Source of the DNA: an uncultured Acidimicrobiaceae bacterium | Lineage (GTDB): Bacteria; Actinomycetota; Acidimicrobiia; Acidimicrobiales; RAAP-2 | Direction of reading: 5' to 3' | DNA length: 64,000 nt | Assembly: GCA_963800765.1 (NCBI GenBank) | Contig: CAWDCF010000012.1 | Location: 574 to 64,573 of the forward strand | Shown here: piece after piece, positions 30,617 to 41,592 of the stretch | Position numbering within the stretch: the first letter of the stretch is position 1 | Layout of the letters: each line of letters starts with the position of its first letter | The notes under the pieces: model-generated | Told to the model about the DNA's origin: nothing | What the model saw: the letters and a program-made list of their open reading frames with translations, nothing else | Databases searched by the model: none | Made by a program: the position numbers and the translations under genes

Positions 30617-31627
30617 ATGCCCGAGTTCGCCGTGGAGGCCACCGATATCGTTCGAACGTTCCACGACGGCAACTTTCGTGCCCTCGATGGGGTCACGCTT
30701 CGGGTGCCCACCGGACAGGTCTTCGGGCTCCTTGGGCCCAACGGTTCGGGCAAGACGACGATGGTGCGCATCCTCTCGACCGTTCTCTCCCCGACGTCGG
30801 GCACCGCGATGGTGAACGGCATCGACGTCGTGAGGCACCCCGGACACGTGCGAAGGGTGATCGGACTCGCGGGACAGTTCGCCGCGGTCGACGAGAACCT
30901 GACCGGCTTCGAGAACCTTCGAATGGTGAGCTTCCTCAATCACATGGAGAAGTCCACGGCGATACGACGTTCCCACGAACTGCTCGTGGACTTCGGTCTC
31001 GACGCCTTCGCCAACAAACAGGCCAAGACCTACTCCGGAGGCATGCGACGTCGCCTCGACCTGGCCGCGGCGCTGGTGGCCAATCCGCCGATCCTCTTCT
31101 TGGACGAACCGACGACCGGACTTGATCCCCAGAGTCGCCAGGACCTCTGGTCCATCATCGAACGACTCGTGGAGGGCGGCACCACCATTCTGCTGACCAC
31201 GCAGTATCTCGAGGAGGCTGACCGGCTCTGCAAACTACTGGTCGTGCTCGACCACGGAAAGATCATCGCGGAAGGCACGTCGGCTCAATTGAAGAGTCAA
31301 CTCGGCAACACCGTCCTCGTCCTCACGTTCGCGACGACCGATGACGCAAAGCGCGCCAATGATCTCATCGCTGGCATACCCGAAAAGCCGGCGAACGTCG
31401 ACGGCACGGTCATCGAGGCGACCGTGAGCAACGGCCCGGCGGCGGCGGCCGACGCCCTGCGTCGCATTGACGCCGCGCAGATCACGCTCGTAGGACTCGC
31501 GTTACGCGAGCCCAGCTTGGACGACGTGTTCTTGAGTCTCACGGGGCACAAGGCCGACGACGTCGACGACAACGTCGATGAAGCCCCGGCGACCGGTCGA
31601 CGCGCGAAGCGAAAGGCGAAGGTATGA
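30617..31627 (+). CDS. ABC-2 exporter ATP-binding subunit (DrrA-like)
   Basis: GPNGSGKT, YSGGMRRRLDLA, LDEPTTGLD, PSLDDVFL. Confidence 0.93.
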   Translation: MPEFAVEATDIVRTFHDGNFRALDGVTLRVPTGQVFGLLGPNGSGKTTMVRILSTVLSPTSGTAMVNGIDVVRHPGHVRRVIGLAGQFAAVDENLTGFENLRMVSFLNHMEKSTAIRRSHELLVDFGLDAFANKQAKTYSGGMRRRLDLAAALVANPPILFLDEPTTGLDPQSRQDLWSIIERLVEGGTTILLTTQYLEEADRLCKLLVVLDHGKIIAEGTSAQLKSQLGNTVLVLTFATTDDAKRANDLIAGIPEKPANVDGTVIEATVSNGPAAAADALRRIDAAQITLVGLALREPSLDDVFLSLTGHKADDVDDNVDEAPATGRRAKRKAKV

Positions 31628-32424
31628 CCACGACGACCTCGACGACTGCCCGTCATCGCTCGGCGTTGTACTGGACCTTCAGTGACGTGCGGACGCTCGC
31701 CAAGCGCAATCTCATCGCACTCTTTCGCACGCCGACCTTGGTGGTCTTCGCCATCATCCAACCAATCATGTTCGTGTTGTTGTTCCGATACGTGTTCGGT
31801 GGCGCCATCCACATCACGGGCACGACCTACGTCAACTACCTCATACCGGGCATTCTCGTGCAAACGGTCATCTTCGGCTCGGTGAATACCGCCATCGGCC
31901 TCGCCGAGGATCTCCAGAAGGGACTCATCGAGCGATTCAAAGCGCTCCCGATGGCCCGGATGGCCGTTCTCGGCGGGCGCACCTTGGCCGACATGTTGCG
32001 CAGCGTCGTCGTGCTCATCATCATCACCGGCGTCGGCTTCCTCGTGGGCTTTCGACCCGACGGCGGCTTCATCCCCTACATCGAGGCGTGTCTGGTCATG
32101 TTGGCTTTCGCCTACAGCCTTTCGTGGGGATTCGCGTTCATTGGTCTCGCGGCACCAAGTGCCGAGGCCGCGCAGGCCATGACCTTCCCCTTGATCTTCC
32201 CGCTGGTGTTCGCGTCGGTGATCTTCGTTCAGTTGTCGTCGTTGCCTTGGTGGCTCCAGGGCTTCGCGAACAATCAACCGATCAGTCAGGCAACTTATGC
32301 TGTGCGGGGTCTCATGCTGGGCCAGGCGCACGGGAACTCGGTGTGGATCTCGCTCGCCTGGTCGGTCGGACTTATCGCGTTCTTGGCGCCACTCGCCGTG
32401 AATCGATTCCGCAAAGCGGCCTAG
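31624..32424 (+). CDS. ABC-2 exporter permease (DrrB-like)
   Basis: IQPIMFVLLF.YVFGG, G.IERFKALP, NQPIS. Confidence 0.92.
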   Translation: MTTTTSTTARHRSALYWTFSDVRTLAKRNLIALFRTPTLVVFAIIQPIMFVLLFRYVFGGAIHITGTTYVNYLIPGILVQTVIFGSVNTAIGLAEDLQKGLIERFKALPMARMAVLGGRTLADMLRSVVVLIIITGVGFLVGFRPDGGFIPYIEACLVMLAFAYSLSWGFAFIGLAAPSAEAAQAMTFPLIFPLVFASVIFVQLSSLPWWLQGFANNQPISQATYAVRGLMLGQAHGNSVWISLAWSVGLIAFLAPLAVNRFRKAA

Positions 32425-32426
32425 TC

Positions 32427-32840
32427 ATGCCCGTCCTCGGTGTCGACGAGCTACAAGCCATCCTCCAAGGCGGCTTCCCCGACGCCGATGTGCCCCACGT
32501 CGAAGAGGTCAACGACGACTTCGTTCTCATGAGTTACGCCATCACCGATCGACATGGTCGACCGGGCGGCACCGTCTCGGGACCGGTCATGATGACCCTC
32601 GCCGATACGTCGGCATGGGTCGTGATCATGTCGCAGATTGGACCGGTCGTCTTGGCCGTCACGACGAGCTTGCACATCGACTTCTTGCGAAAGCCCGAAC
32701 TCACGGACATCATGGCGAAGGCGCGGATACTCAAACTCGGGAAACGTTTGGCGGTCGTCGACGTCGAACTGTTTTCACGAGACTCAGCCGAACTCGTCGC
32801 GAAATCCCAAGTGACCTATTCGATACCGCCTCGTCCCTAG
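32427..32840 (+). CDS. PaaI family thioesterase
   Basis: RPGGTVSGPVMMTLAD, AVTTSL.IDFLRKP, LKLGKRL. Confidence 0.88.
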   Translation: MPVLGVDELQAILQGGFPDADVPHVEEVNDDFVLMSYAITDRHGRPGGTVSGPVMMTLADTSAWVVIMSQIGPVVLAVTTSLHIDFLRKPELTDIMAKARILKLGKRLAVVDVELFSRDSAELVAKSQVTYSIPPRP

Positions 32841-33580
32841 CTGCGCGCTCGCCGCTTGGCGATCGTGCCCCGCACGGTCATCGGTACTTGTACGACGCCG
32901 TTGACCGCGATCGGTTCGAGACGTCGTCGTAACTCGTCTTGCAGTTCCCGTCGGTCGTCGTCGCTTTGAATGATGACGCCCGAATAGGTACCAAAGAGCG
33001 CGATCATCTCCTCGACCGTGCGCGTCCACTCCCACTTCAGTTCGACGTGGCGCTCAATGTCGAAGGGACTCTCGGTCGAGAACTCCGCCGACCAGCCCCT
33101 CGGTCGTTTGCCCTCGTCACCCGCCCGCTCACGTAACGCAACGAGCGATGCGATCCACGGCACGTCACAACTGAAGCCGTTCCACAAGACCACAAGGTGA
33201 CCGTGGTCGCGCAGGACACGGGCCATTTCATTGGTCGCGTCGGGCTGCTCGAACCAGTGCCACGCTGACGAGACGAGCACCGTGTCGAAGGATCGGTCAC
33301 CGACCGGAAGACTCTCCGCCGCGCCCTGGATGGCGTGGACGTCGGGACTTCGTCGAACGAGCACTGCGCGCATGTCGTCGTCCGGTTCAACGACAGTGAC
33401 CACCGCGCCGAGTTCGAGGAGGAAACGGGTCCACTTGCCCGTCCCGGCGCCCACTTCCAGCACGTCACGGCCAGTGAGGTCACCGAAGAACTCGGCCGCG
33501 CTGGCCGGTGGTCCGGGGCGGAACTGGTCGTACTGTTCGGCCACGGAGCCGAACTTCAGGCCTCGCTGGTCGTAGGCCAC
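32837..33580 (-). CDS. Class I SAM-dependent methyltransferase
   Basis: VLEVGAGTGKWT, AESLP, AWHWF. Confidence 0.88.
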   Translation of the reverse strand: MAYDQRGLKFGSVAEQYDQFRPGPPASAAEFFGDLTGRDVLEVGAGTGKWTRFLLELGAVVTVVEPDDDMRAVLVRRSPDVHAIQGAAESLPVGDRSFDTVLVSSAWHWFEQPDATNEMARVLRDHGHLVVLWNGFSCDVPWIASLVALRERAGDEGKRPRGWSAEFSTESPFDIERHVELKWEWTRTVEEMIALFGTYSGVIIQSDDDRRELQDELRRRLEPIAVNGVVQVPMTVRGTIAKRRARS

Positions 33581-33582
33581 GG

Positions 33583-34890
33583 CTAGTGCTGGTTCGTGCG
33601 CTCGCGCAACGTCGCCAGGAGGTCGTCGATCTTCACCCGGACTTGCTCGGTGGTGTCGCGGTCGCGCACCGTCACCGCTCGGTCTTCGAGCGTGTCGAAG
33701 TCGACGGTGATGCAAAAGGGCGTACCGACTTCGTCCTGACGTCGGTAGCGGCGGCCGATGGACTGGGTGACGTCGTAATCGCACATGAAGTGGGGCTGGA
33801 GGATGTCGAGGACCTCGCGCGAGACGCCTTCGAGTTCGGGCTTCTTCGACAGCGGCAACACGGCCACCTGGTGGGGCGCGAGACGCCAGTCGAGGCGGAG
33901 CACCGTTCGCACTTCGCCCTCGATCTCATCCTCGTGATAGGCCGACAGCAAGAAGGCGATCAACAGTCGGGTCGCGCCAACGGCCGGCTCGATCACGTAG
34001 GGCGTGTAGCGCTCGTTCGTCGTCTGATCGAAGTAGTCGAGACTCACTCCCGACGCCTTGGCGTGCTGGGTGAGGTCGTAGTCCCCGCGATTGGCAATAC
34101 CTTCGAGTTCATCGAACCCCCAGGGGTAGGCGAACTCGACGTCCGTCGTGCCACGCGAGTAGTGCGAGAGGTCCTTCTTCTCGTGCTCGTGCAGTCGAAG
34201 TTGCTCGGCCGGAATACCGAGATCGATGTACCAGTCGAGTCGGTTCTGGATCCAGTAGCGATACCACTCATCCGCGTCGGCCGGAGGAACGAAGTACTCC
34301 ATCTCCATGAGTTCGAACTCGCGGGTACGAAAGATGAAATTCTGCGGCGTGATCTCGTTGCGGAACGCCTTGCCGATCTGGGCAATGCCGAAGGGCGGCT
34401 TCTTGCGACTCGTCGCCAGCACGTTGGCGAAGTTGGTGAACATGCCCTGGGCCGTCTCGGGACGGAGGTAGGCCGTGGCGCCCTCCCCCTCGACCGGTCC
34501 GGCCTGGGTCTTGAACATCAGGTTGAAGTCACGCGGCTCAGTGAACTCGGTCGATCCGCAGTTGGGGCAGACGCCGTCGATCTTGTCCTCTCGCCAGCGC
34601 TCCTTGCACTTCAGGCAGTCGACCAGGGGGTCAGTGAACGTCGCCAGGTGTCCCGAGGCGGCCCAGACCGCCGGTGGGCCGAGGATTGCGGCATCGATGC
34701 CGACGATGTCCGTGCGGGATTGGACCATCGACAGCCACCAGGCCTGGCGGATGTTGCGCAGCATGTTGGCGCCCAGGGGGCCGTAGTCGTAGGTCGATCG
34801 GAATCCTCCGTAGATCTCCGCCGAGGGAAAGATGAACCCACGGCGCTTGGCCAGGTTCGTTACTTTTTCGAGTAGGTCGGGGGATTCCAT
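33583..34890 (-). CDS. glyQS: Glycine--tRNA ligase (alpha2 type)
   Basis: [35 protein letters not shown]. Confidence 0.96.
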   Translation of the reverse strand: MESPDLLEKVTNLAKRRGFIFPSAEIYGGFRSTYDYGPLGANMLRNIRQAWWLSMVQSRTDIVGIDAAILGPPAVWAASGHLATFTDPLVDCLKCKERWREDKIDGVCPNCGSTEFTEPRDFNLMFKTQAGPVEGEGATAYLRPETAQGMFTNFANVLATSRKKPPFGIAQIGKAFRNEITPQNFIFRTREFELMEMEYFVPPADADEWYRYWIQNRLDWYIDLGIPAEQLRLHEHEKKDLSHYSRGTTDVEFAYPWGFDELEGIANRGDYDLTQHAKASGVSLDYFDQTTNERYTPYVIEPAVGATRLLIAFLLSAYHEDEIEGEVRTVLRLDWRLAPHQVAVLPLSKKPELEGVSREVLDILQPHFMCDYDVTQSIGRRYRRQDEVGTPFCITVDFDTLEDRAVTVRDRDTTEQVRVKIDDLLATLRERTNQH

Positions 34891-34907
34891 CGACCTATGC
34901 TACCGGC

Positions 34908-35996
34908 CTACTCTGCAGCGTTTAACCGGAGGATGACCTGGTTCGCGAGCAGTCGACCCTGCGGCGCCAGTGTCACTCGGCCGTCACGAACGTCGACGAG
35001 GTGTCGGATCTCGTCGAGTGAGCCAAAGGCCTCGCGCGGTACGCCGCGCGACGTACGCAGTGCGAGCGAGTCGCGTTCGAAGCGTTGCGTGCGGTCGTCG
35101 AGCTCCTCTTCGCCCCCGAGCGGACGATCCCCGTCGCGCACCATCGCGATGTAGCGATCGGGGGTGCGGACGTTCCAGAATCGTCGACCGCGTTCGTGCG
35201 AATGAGCAGCCGACCCGAAACCGACGTAGTCGTCCTGGTCCCAGTAGACGTGATTGTGCCGGCACTCGTGTCCAGGTTTGGCCCAGTTCGAGATCTCTTC
35301 CCAGAGATAGCCGTGCCCCTCCAAAACCTCGGCCACGACGTCGTAGGCGTCGGCCGCTTCGTCCTCGTCGGGGTGTCGCAACGGGTCCTGACCGAGCGGC
35401 GTACCGGGTTCGGGCGTCAAGACGTAACACGAGATGTGCGGCGGCGGACTCTCGAGGGTCAGCAGGTCGTGCAACGTCGTGCGAACGTCCTCGAGACTCT
35501 CCGCGCGCGAACCAATGATCAGGTCCATGTTCCAGGTCGCGAAGCCCGCCGCCGTGACGGCCTGCGAAACCTCCGCGTGCGCCATCGTGCCGTGACGACG
35601 CCCGAGGTCGGCGAGGACGGCCGGTTGCGTCGACTGCACGCCGAAACTCATCCGGTTCACTCCCCCGGCCCGGTACGCGCGAAGTCGTTCCACGCTGGCG
35701 TCCTCGGGATTGCACTCGACCGTCACTTCAGCGTCCTCGGTGCGAGGTATCGCATCGAGGATCGCCAGGAGTTGCGCGGGGTCGAGTCGCGACGGCGTAC
35801 CACCGCCAAAGAACACCGACGTCGCCGGCGCGAGACCGTCCTCGCGCGCCCAGTTGATCTCCTGGATGACCGCCTCCACGTACTCCTGCATCAGGTGATC
35901 GCGGTCCGAATAGGTCGCGAAGGCGCAATAATCGCAGCGATGCGCGCAGAACGGCACGTGCACGTACACGCCAAATGACCTCGCCGCCTCAGTCAT
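34908..35996 (-). CDS. hemW: Radical SAM heme chaperone HemW
   Basis: YVHVPFCAHRCDYC, FFGGGTPS, EISNW, HN..YW. Confidence 0.9.
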   Translation of the reverse strand: MTEAARSFGVYVHVPFCAHRCDYCAFATYSDRDHLMQEYVEAVIQEINWAREDGLAPATSVFFGGGTPSRLDPAQLLAILDAIPRTEDAEVTVECNPEDASVERLRAYRAGGVNRMSFGVQSTQPAVLADLGRRHGTMAHAEVSQAVTAAGFATWNMDLIIGSRAESLEDVRTTLHDLLTLESPPPHISCYVLTPEPGTPLGQDPLRHPDEDEAADAYDVVAEVLEGHGYLWEEISNWAKPGHECRHNHVYWDQDDYVGFGSAAHSHERGRRFWNVRTPDRYIAMVRDGDRPLGGEEELDDRTQRFERDSLALRTSRGVPREAFGSLDEIRHLVDVRDGRVTLAPQGRLLANQVILRLNAAE

Positions 35997-36747
35997 GGCT
36001 CTCACGTTCACTGGCCGACGGCGCGAGTGGCGCCGTCGACCTCGACGCTCGGAGCCGCTTGCCGAAGTGGTCCTCGATCGCGTCGAGCGCGATGGCCATC
36101 ACTTCGCCGGCGCCGGCCGGTACCTCGCCGCGCAGTACCCCGGCGAGGTCGCCGCCCACGATCCGTCGAATGAGCGTCAAGGCGTCGCTCGAGATCGACA
36201 CACCCGAACGACAGTCGCCACAGAGTGCACCGCCGACCTGCGCGTCGAAGGCCACGAGGGCGACGTCGCGGCCACAGTTGACGCATTCGTCGACGACCGG
36301 GCCCGAGCCATCGAGCGTGAGGAGTTTGAAGTAGAAGGAGGTCGGTACCAACGTCGGGTCGAAGGAGTCGTCGTCGAGCGTGAGGAGGACCCTCGTCAGT
36401 AGGTCGAAGATGGCTTCATCGGCGACGTCGTCGGACGGAATGGCGTCCACCACCTCCACCACCGCGTAGCCCGCGTTGATCCGCGAGTACGAGGAGCGCA
36501 AGGTCGTGAGGCGCTGCGTGTGCGAGACGTGGCGCGCGATGTAGAACTCGCCCCGCGTCTTGACGAGATCGACGTTGACGTACGCGAGGGTCTCGAGATT
36601 GCCGCCCAGTCGACTGGTGGCCTTGCGGATGCCCTTCGCGAGGACGCGCACCTTGCCGTGGCTCCTCGTCCACAGGACCACTACCCGATCGGACTCCCCG
36701 GACTTATAGGTCCGCAGCACGACGGCGTCGTCGCGAAACTCCTTCAC
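35989..36747 (-). CDS. recO: DNA repair protein RecO
   Basis: AVVLR...GESDR...T..HGKV...AKG; CxxC...CxxC zinc finger; located next to uppS and era. Confidence 0.93.
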   Translation of the reverse strand: MKEFRDDAVVLRTYKSGESDRVVVLWTRSHGKVRVLAKGIRKATSRLGGNLETLAYVNVDLVKTRGEFYIARHVSHTQRLTTLRSSYSRINAGYAVVEVVDAIPSDDVADEAIFDLLTRVLLTLDDDSFDPTLVPTSFYFKLLTLDGSGPVVDECVNCGRDVALVAFDAQVGGALCGDCRSGVSISSDALTLIRRIVGGDLAGVLRGEVPAGAGEVMAIALDAIEDHFGKRLRASRSTAPLAPSASERESHD

Positions 36748-36959
36748 CGCTCCGTCTTGTCGTGGGAATCGTTGAAGTGCTGCTTGCGCGGCTCGAGACC
36801 CATGAAGCGGTTGAGCGCCACGCCGAGCGCGACCATCACCGCCAACACCGCCGGAATCAGCAGCGGCGCGACCAGTTCGTTGGCGCCGTTGGCCGCCAGG
36901 ACCCAGAGGAAGACGTAGACGAGAAAGCCGACGATGAGCATCGTCTTGGTCATGATCAT
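36744..36959 (-). CDS. Small two-TM membrane protein
   Basis: Two hydrophobic helices; 4-bp overlaps with uppS and recO (translational coupling). Confidence 0.65.
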   Translation of the reverse strand: MIMTKTMLIVGFLVYVFLWVLAANGANELVAPLLIPAVLAVMVALGVALNRFMGLEPRKQHFNDSHDKTER

Positions 36960-37696
36960 TTGTCGAGCCCCCCGTAACGGCGCTCTCGTTGCTGGTACTC
37001 CTCGACCGCCTCGAAGAGTTGCTCGCGACGAAAGTCCGGCCACAGCACCTCGGTGAAGACGAGCTCGGAGTAGGCCATCTCCCACAAGAGGAAGTTCGAG
37101 ATCCGGAACTCACCCGAGGTGCGAATCACGAGGTCCGGGTCGGAGAGTTCAGGGTGATAGAGACGCGAACGAATCGCCTTCTCGTCGACCTTGCCGGCGG
37201 GCACCCTGTCGGCGACGAGTTGGGCCACGGCGTCAACGATCTCGGCGCGCCCTCCGTAGTTGAAGGCGATATTGAGCGTCATCACCTTGTTCTTGCGGGT
37301 CAGCTCGGACGACGCCTCCATGTTGTTGAGCACCTTCTTGGGCACGCGCCAGTCTCGACGGCCCGAGAACGTGATGCGCACACCCTGATCGTGTAGTTCG
37401 TGGCTGCGCCGTTGCAGCAGCCCACTGTTGAAGTTCATGAGATAGCGAACCTCGTCGACGGGGCGGCGCCAGTTCTCGGTCGAGAAGGCGTAGACGGTCA
37501 GCACCTTGACCCCGAGCGACAGTGCGCCGTAGGTCGTGTCGAGGAGGCTCTCCTCGCCGGCACCGTGTCCCACGGTGCGCGGGAGGCCCTGACGCTGCGC
37601 CCAGCGGCCATTGCCGTCCATCACAATCGCGACGTGACGAGGCACTCCGGACACGTCGATCGACGTCGGAACGGGAGTCGGACGAGGATCGGGCAC
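36956..37696 (-). CDS. uppS: Polyprenyl diphosphate synthase
   Basis: HVAIVMDGNGRWA, FSTENW, RTSGEFRISNFLLW. Confidence 0.95.
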   Translation of the reverse strand: MPDPRPTPVPTSIDVSGVPRHVAIVMDGNGRWAQRQGLPRTVGHGAGEESLLDTTYGALSLGVKVLTVYAFSTENWRRPVDEVRYLMNFNSGLLQRRSHELHDQGVRITFSGRRDWRVPKKVLNNMEASSELTRKNKVMTLNIAFNYGGRAEIVDAVAQLVADRVPAGKVDEKAIRSRLYHPELSDPDLVIRTSGEFRISNFLLWEMAYSELVFTEVLWPDFRREQLFEAVEEYQQRERRYGGLDK

Positions 37697-37756
37697 GTAT
37701 AAAACCTACTGGTTCCATCTCACGATCCCTCTTGCGAGAACCCGTAACCTCGATAG

Positions 37757-39745
37757 GTGAAGAGTTTCGACCCCGACGAGGAGAGCGCCTACGTCGAGCC
37801 CGATGACGACAGTGGCGTCCAACTCGACGACGACGTCGTGGCCATCGACGCCGAACGCGCGTTGGCCCTGCTCGACCTCATAACGGGCGAACTGCCCGGT
37901 GGCGGCGAGAGTCGTGCGGGTCAGCGCCAAATGGTCGAAGCGGTCGCCGCGGCGATGTCGCGACGCAAGACGACGATCATTGAGGCCGGTACCGGCATTG
38001 GTAAGTCGCTCGCCTACCTCATACCGGCCGTCATGTCGGGACACCGCGTGGTAGTCGCGACCGCGACGAAGAACCTCCAGGACCAGTTGGCCCAGAAGGA
38101 CGCCCCGATGGTCGCGAGTCACGCGAACGGCGTGCGAGTCGCGGTCCTCAAGGGCAAGGCGAACTACCTCTGCAAGAATCGGGCCCAGAGTGTCGGGGGC
38201 GCCGCGCAACTCAGTTTCGACGACGGCTCTGACATTCCCCGGGGCGTCGCCGAACAGATGCGCAAGATTCTTCGCTGGTCGAATGAGACCGAGACCGGTG
38301 ACCGCGACGAACTGCCCTTCGAGGTGGAGCAGCGCGCGTGGCGACAACTTTCGGTGACCCCTCAGGAGTGCCTGCATCGAACGAACTGCCCCCAAGGGCA
38401 GAACTGCTTCGCCGAACTCGCGAAGGATCGCGCGGCGGAGTCGTCGGTGCTCATCGTCAACACCCACCTCTACGCGTCGCACCTCGCCTCCGGATCGATG
38501 CTGCTGCCGGCGCATGACTTCGTAGTGTTCGACGAGGCCCACGAGATCGTCGACATCTTCGCCTCGCTGCTCGGCACGTCACTCAATGCGACGCGACTAC
38601 GGGCGTTGGCCGGCGTCGCGCGGCCCATGCTCGGACCGGCCTTCAACGAGCGCGGCGTTGACCTCGTGAACGTCGCTGACCGCTTCGCGGCGTCGCTGCA
38701 GATCCAGTTCGACCGCAACGAACTGACCGGACTCGACGAAGACTGCCAGCGAGAGCTCGCTCGGGCCAACGAACTCGTCTTCGCGCTCGTCGAGGGACTA
38801 CGCGCACTCACGACGAATGGCGCCGACGAGGAGGCGCGAAAGATACGCGCACTCGGCCCAGCGATTCATCTCAGCAACGACCTCGCACGTGTCAACAAGG
38901 TCCGTGAGGGCGAGTTGCTCTTCATCTCCAAACGCGACCGCGAAGTCGACGTGGAGATCTCGCTCGTCGACGTGGGGCCTCGACTCCAGGAAGACCTCTG
39001 GGGTTCGGTCACGGCCATCCTTACGAGCGCGACCATCCCTGACACGTTGCCTAAGAGCCTCGGCCTCGACGCCACGAAGATCGAGCACTTCGACAGCCCC
39101 TTCGACTACCAGTCGAACTCGCTGCTCTACGTCCCGGACGGCTTCCCCGGACGAAACGAGCCCGAGGCCGAAGCGTCGATCATCAAAGAACTGATCGGAC
39201 TGATCAACGCCGCCGGGGGCCGGACTCTCGCCCTGTTCACGAATCGTTCAGTGATGAACCGCGTCGCCGACGCGGTTACCGACCAGATCGACACGACGGT
39301 ACTGGTGCAGGGCACCCTCTCGCGCCAGCGCATCATCGAAGAGTTCCGCGACAACGCCGAGGCCAGCCTCTTCGCCGTCACGAGTTTCTGGCAGGGCATC
39401 GACGTGCCCGGTCACTCCTTGAGTCTCGTCACGATTGACCGGCTTCCCTTCGCCGTGCCCAACGATCCACTGGCCGAAGCGCGTCGTGCGCTCTCCGATC
39501 GGCCATTCTTCGACGTTGACCTTCCGCGCGCGACGATGTTGCTGGCCCAAGGGGTTGGTCGCCTGATCCGTACGCGCAGTGACCGCGGCGTCGTCGCGGT
39601 GCTCGACACCCGTCTCGCGCAGTCAAGTTACCGCGCCACGATGTTCAAGAAACTGCCCCCGATGAAGCGCACCCGAGACCGTGAGCAGGTCCACGCATTC
39701 CTTCGCGAACTCAGAGGAGCCAATCCCCACAACGACGACGCATGA
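37757..39745 (+). CDS. DinG/YoaA-family ATP-dependent helicase with Fe-S cysteines
   Basis: EAGTGIGKS, NYLC...C....C....C, DEAH, SAT, QGVGRLIR. Confidence 0.93.
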   Translation: MKSFDPDEESAYVEPDDDSGVQLDDDVVAIDAERALALLDLITGELPGGGESRAGQRQMVEAVAAAMSRRKTTIIEAGTGIGKSLAYLIPAVMSGHRVVVATATKNLQDQLAQKDAPMVASHANGVRVAVLKGKANYLCKNRAQSVGGAAQLSFDDGSDIPRGVAEQMRKILRWSNETETGDRDELPFEVEQRAWRQLSVTPQECLHRTNCPQGQNCFAELAKDRAAESSVLIVNTHLYASHLASGSMLLPAHDFVVFDEAHEIVDIFASLLGTSLNATRLRALAGVARPMLGPAFNERGVDLVNVADRFAASLQIQFDRNELTGLDEDCQRELARANELVFALVEGLRALTTNGADEEARKIRALGPAIHLSNDLARVNKVREGELLFISKRDREVDVEISLVDVGPRLQEDLWGSVTAILTSATIPDTLPKSLGLDATKIEHFDSPFDYQSNSLLYVPDGFPGRNEPEAEASIIKELIGLINAAGGRTLALFTNRSVMNRVADAVTDQIDTTVLVQGTLSRQRIIEEFRDNAEASLFAVTSFWQGIDVPGHSLSLVTIDRLPFAVPNDPLAEARRALSDRPFFDVDLPRATMLLAQGVGRLIRTRSDRGVVAVLDTRLAQSSYRATMFKKLPPMKRTRDREQVHAFLRELRGANPHNDDA

Positions 39746-39813
39746 GTACCCGTGCCTCGCCGATTGGTTGAATAAACTAGTAATTCAATCGATATTGTCT
39801 CGTTGGAGTTCCC

Positions 39814-40752
39814 GTGCACATTGACCTCTACCTCGTCCTGGGTAGCGCCGTCGTGGGACTCTTGGTCGGTCTGACGGGCATGGGCGGTGGCGCGCTGATG
39901 ACCCCGATGCTCGTGTTGCTCTTCGGCATCAGTCCGTCGGCCGCCATCACCTCGGACCTCGTGGCCGCGCTCTTCATGAAGCCGTGTGGCGTCGCGATTC
40001 ACTGGCGCGCCAAGACGGTCAACAAGGACGTCGTTCGCTATCTCTGTTACGGCTCGGTCCCCGCGGCGTTCTTGGGGACGTACGTCTTTCACCTACTAGG
40101 CCAGAGCGCCATGGCCGAGCATCGTCTGGAGATCTTGCTCGGCGCAGCACTCATCGTTGGTTCTCTCGCGATCTTCTACCGTTCAATCTTCATCGAAGCA
40201 CCACCCAAGGGTGCCGCGCACGTCCCGGTTCGACGTCTACCCACGATCGGCATCGGCGTGGTCGGCGGCTTCATGGTCGGTCTCACGTCGGTCGGCGCCG
40301 GCTCGCTCATACTCGTCCTCCTGGTCATGGTGTACCCGACGCTCTCCAACAAGCATCTCGTCGGCACCGACCTCGCCCAGTCGATCCCCCTGACCTTCAG
40401 CGCTACCTTGGGGACGCTGCTGTTCAATCACGTCGACTTCTCGTTGACCAGTTCGATCATCATCGGCAGCGTGCCCGCGGTCATCGTCGGCTCATTGCTC
40501 TCCTCGAAGTCAGAGGGCTACCTGCTACGACGCGTCATCACGGGCGTGGTCCTGCTGAGCGGACTCAAGTACGTCGGCGTGCCGACGACGGAGCTCGGCG
40601 TCATCGCCGGACTGATCTTCGTGCTGATCACGTTCCTCACCATCCGGCACTGGCGTCACGGCCAGCGAATAGTGGTGCGCGAGCACTCAGTAGCCGAAGC
40701 GGTCGAGGGTGTCGTCACGCTTCTGCCAACCCGGCTCGACGGAGACCTTTAG
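39814..40752 (+). CDS. TauE/SafE (TSUP) family membrane protein
   Basis: GLTGMGGGALMTP, GLTSVGAGSL, VGTDL. Confidence 0.88.
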   Translation: MHIDLYLVLGSAVVGLLVGLTGMGGGALMTPMLVLLFGISPSAAITSDLVAALFMKPCGVAIHWRAKTVNKDVVRYLCYGSVPAAFLGTYVFHLLGQSAMAEHRLEILLGAALIVGSLAIFYRSIFIEAPPKGAAHVPVRRLPTIGIGVVGGFMVGLTSVGAGSLILVLLVMVYPTLSNKHLVGTDLAQSIPLTFSATLGTLLFNHVDFSLTSSIIIGSVPAVIVGSLLSSKSEGYLLRRVITGVVLLSGLKYVGVPTTELGVIAGLIFVLITFLTIRHWRHGQRIVVREHSVAEAVEGVVTLLPTRLDGDL

Positions 40753-41592
40753 CTCGAGGAAGCACCCTTCCGGGAGTTGACGCCGTGCCGCGATGCCCAC
40801 GTCCTTCAAGAGCGCACCGCCCTTGCCAATGACCATCCCCTTCTGGGACTCACGTTCCACGAGGATCTCGACGATGATGTGCGGCCACTCGAACTCGATC
40901 ACTCGACAGTGAATGGAGTGCGGGAGTTCCTGCTTCGTCTTTCGCACCAGCTGCTCGCGGACCAACTCGGCCACCCACATCGCTTCGGGCACGTCGGAGA
41001 CCTCGTCCTCTTCGAAGAGGAAGGGCGACTCGGGCATCGCGGTCTTCACGAAGTCGATCAACGCTTGGGTTCCCTCGCCCGTCTTCGCCGACACCGGGAA
41101 GTACTCGACCCGGTCCGCCACGTCCGTCAGGTTCAGTTCCGTCGCGAGTTCGCTAACGGCGGTCGTCGCCGCGACCAACTGTGCGGCCATTGCTTCGCGA
41201 CCAGACTTGTCCATCTTGTTCACCACGACGACGGGGCGCGGGCCCTTGGGGCTGCGCGCATTCTGCAGCATGGTCGTGAGCACGTTGCGGTCCCCCGGAC
41301 CAATAGAGGAGCTGGCCTCGATGACCGCGAGGATGACGTCCACGCCGTCCGCCGCCGCGCGCGCGGTGTCGTTGAGTCGCCCGCCGAGCGTCGTCTTGGG
41401 TCGGTGGATACCCGGCGTGTCCACGAAGATTATCTGCACGCCGTCTTCGGTCAAGATGCCGCGAATGGCCTGGCGAGTGGTGTTGGGTGACGCGGCGGTG
41501 ATGGACACCTTCGTGCCCACGACCTGATTGAGGAGTGTCGATTTGCCGACGTTGGGCCGACCGATGATGGCCGCGAAACCGGACGTCGTCAT
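40687..41592 (-). CDS. era: GTPase Era
   Basis: GRPNVGKS, NTTR, DTPG, NKMD, SAK, KH domain VIGKGG. Confidence 0.96.
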   Translation of the reverse strand: MTTSGFAAIIGRPNVGKSTLLNQVVGTKVSITAASPNTTRQAIRGILTEDGVQIIFVDTPGIHRPKTTLGGRLNDTARAAADGVDVILAVIEASSSIGPGDRNVLTTMLQNARSPKGPRPVVVVNKMDKSGREAMAAQLVAATTAVSELATELNLTDVADRVEYFPVSAKTGEGTQALIDFVKTAMPESPFLFEEDEVSDVPEAMWVAELVREQLVRKTKQELPHSIHCRVIEFEWPHIIVEILVERESQKGMVIGKGGALLKDVGIAARRQLPEGCFLELKVSVEPGWQKRDDTLDRFGY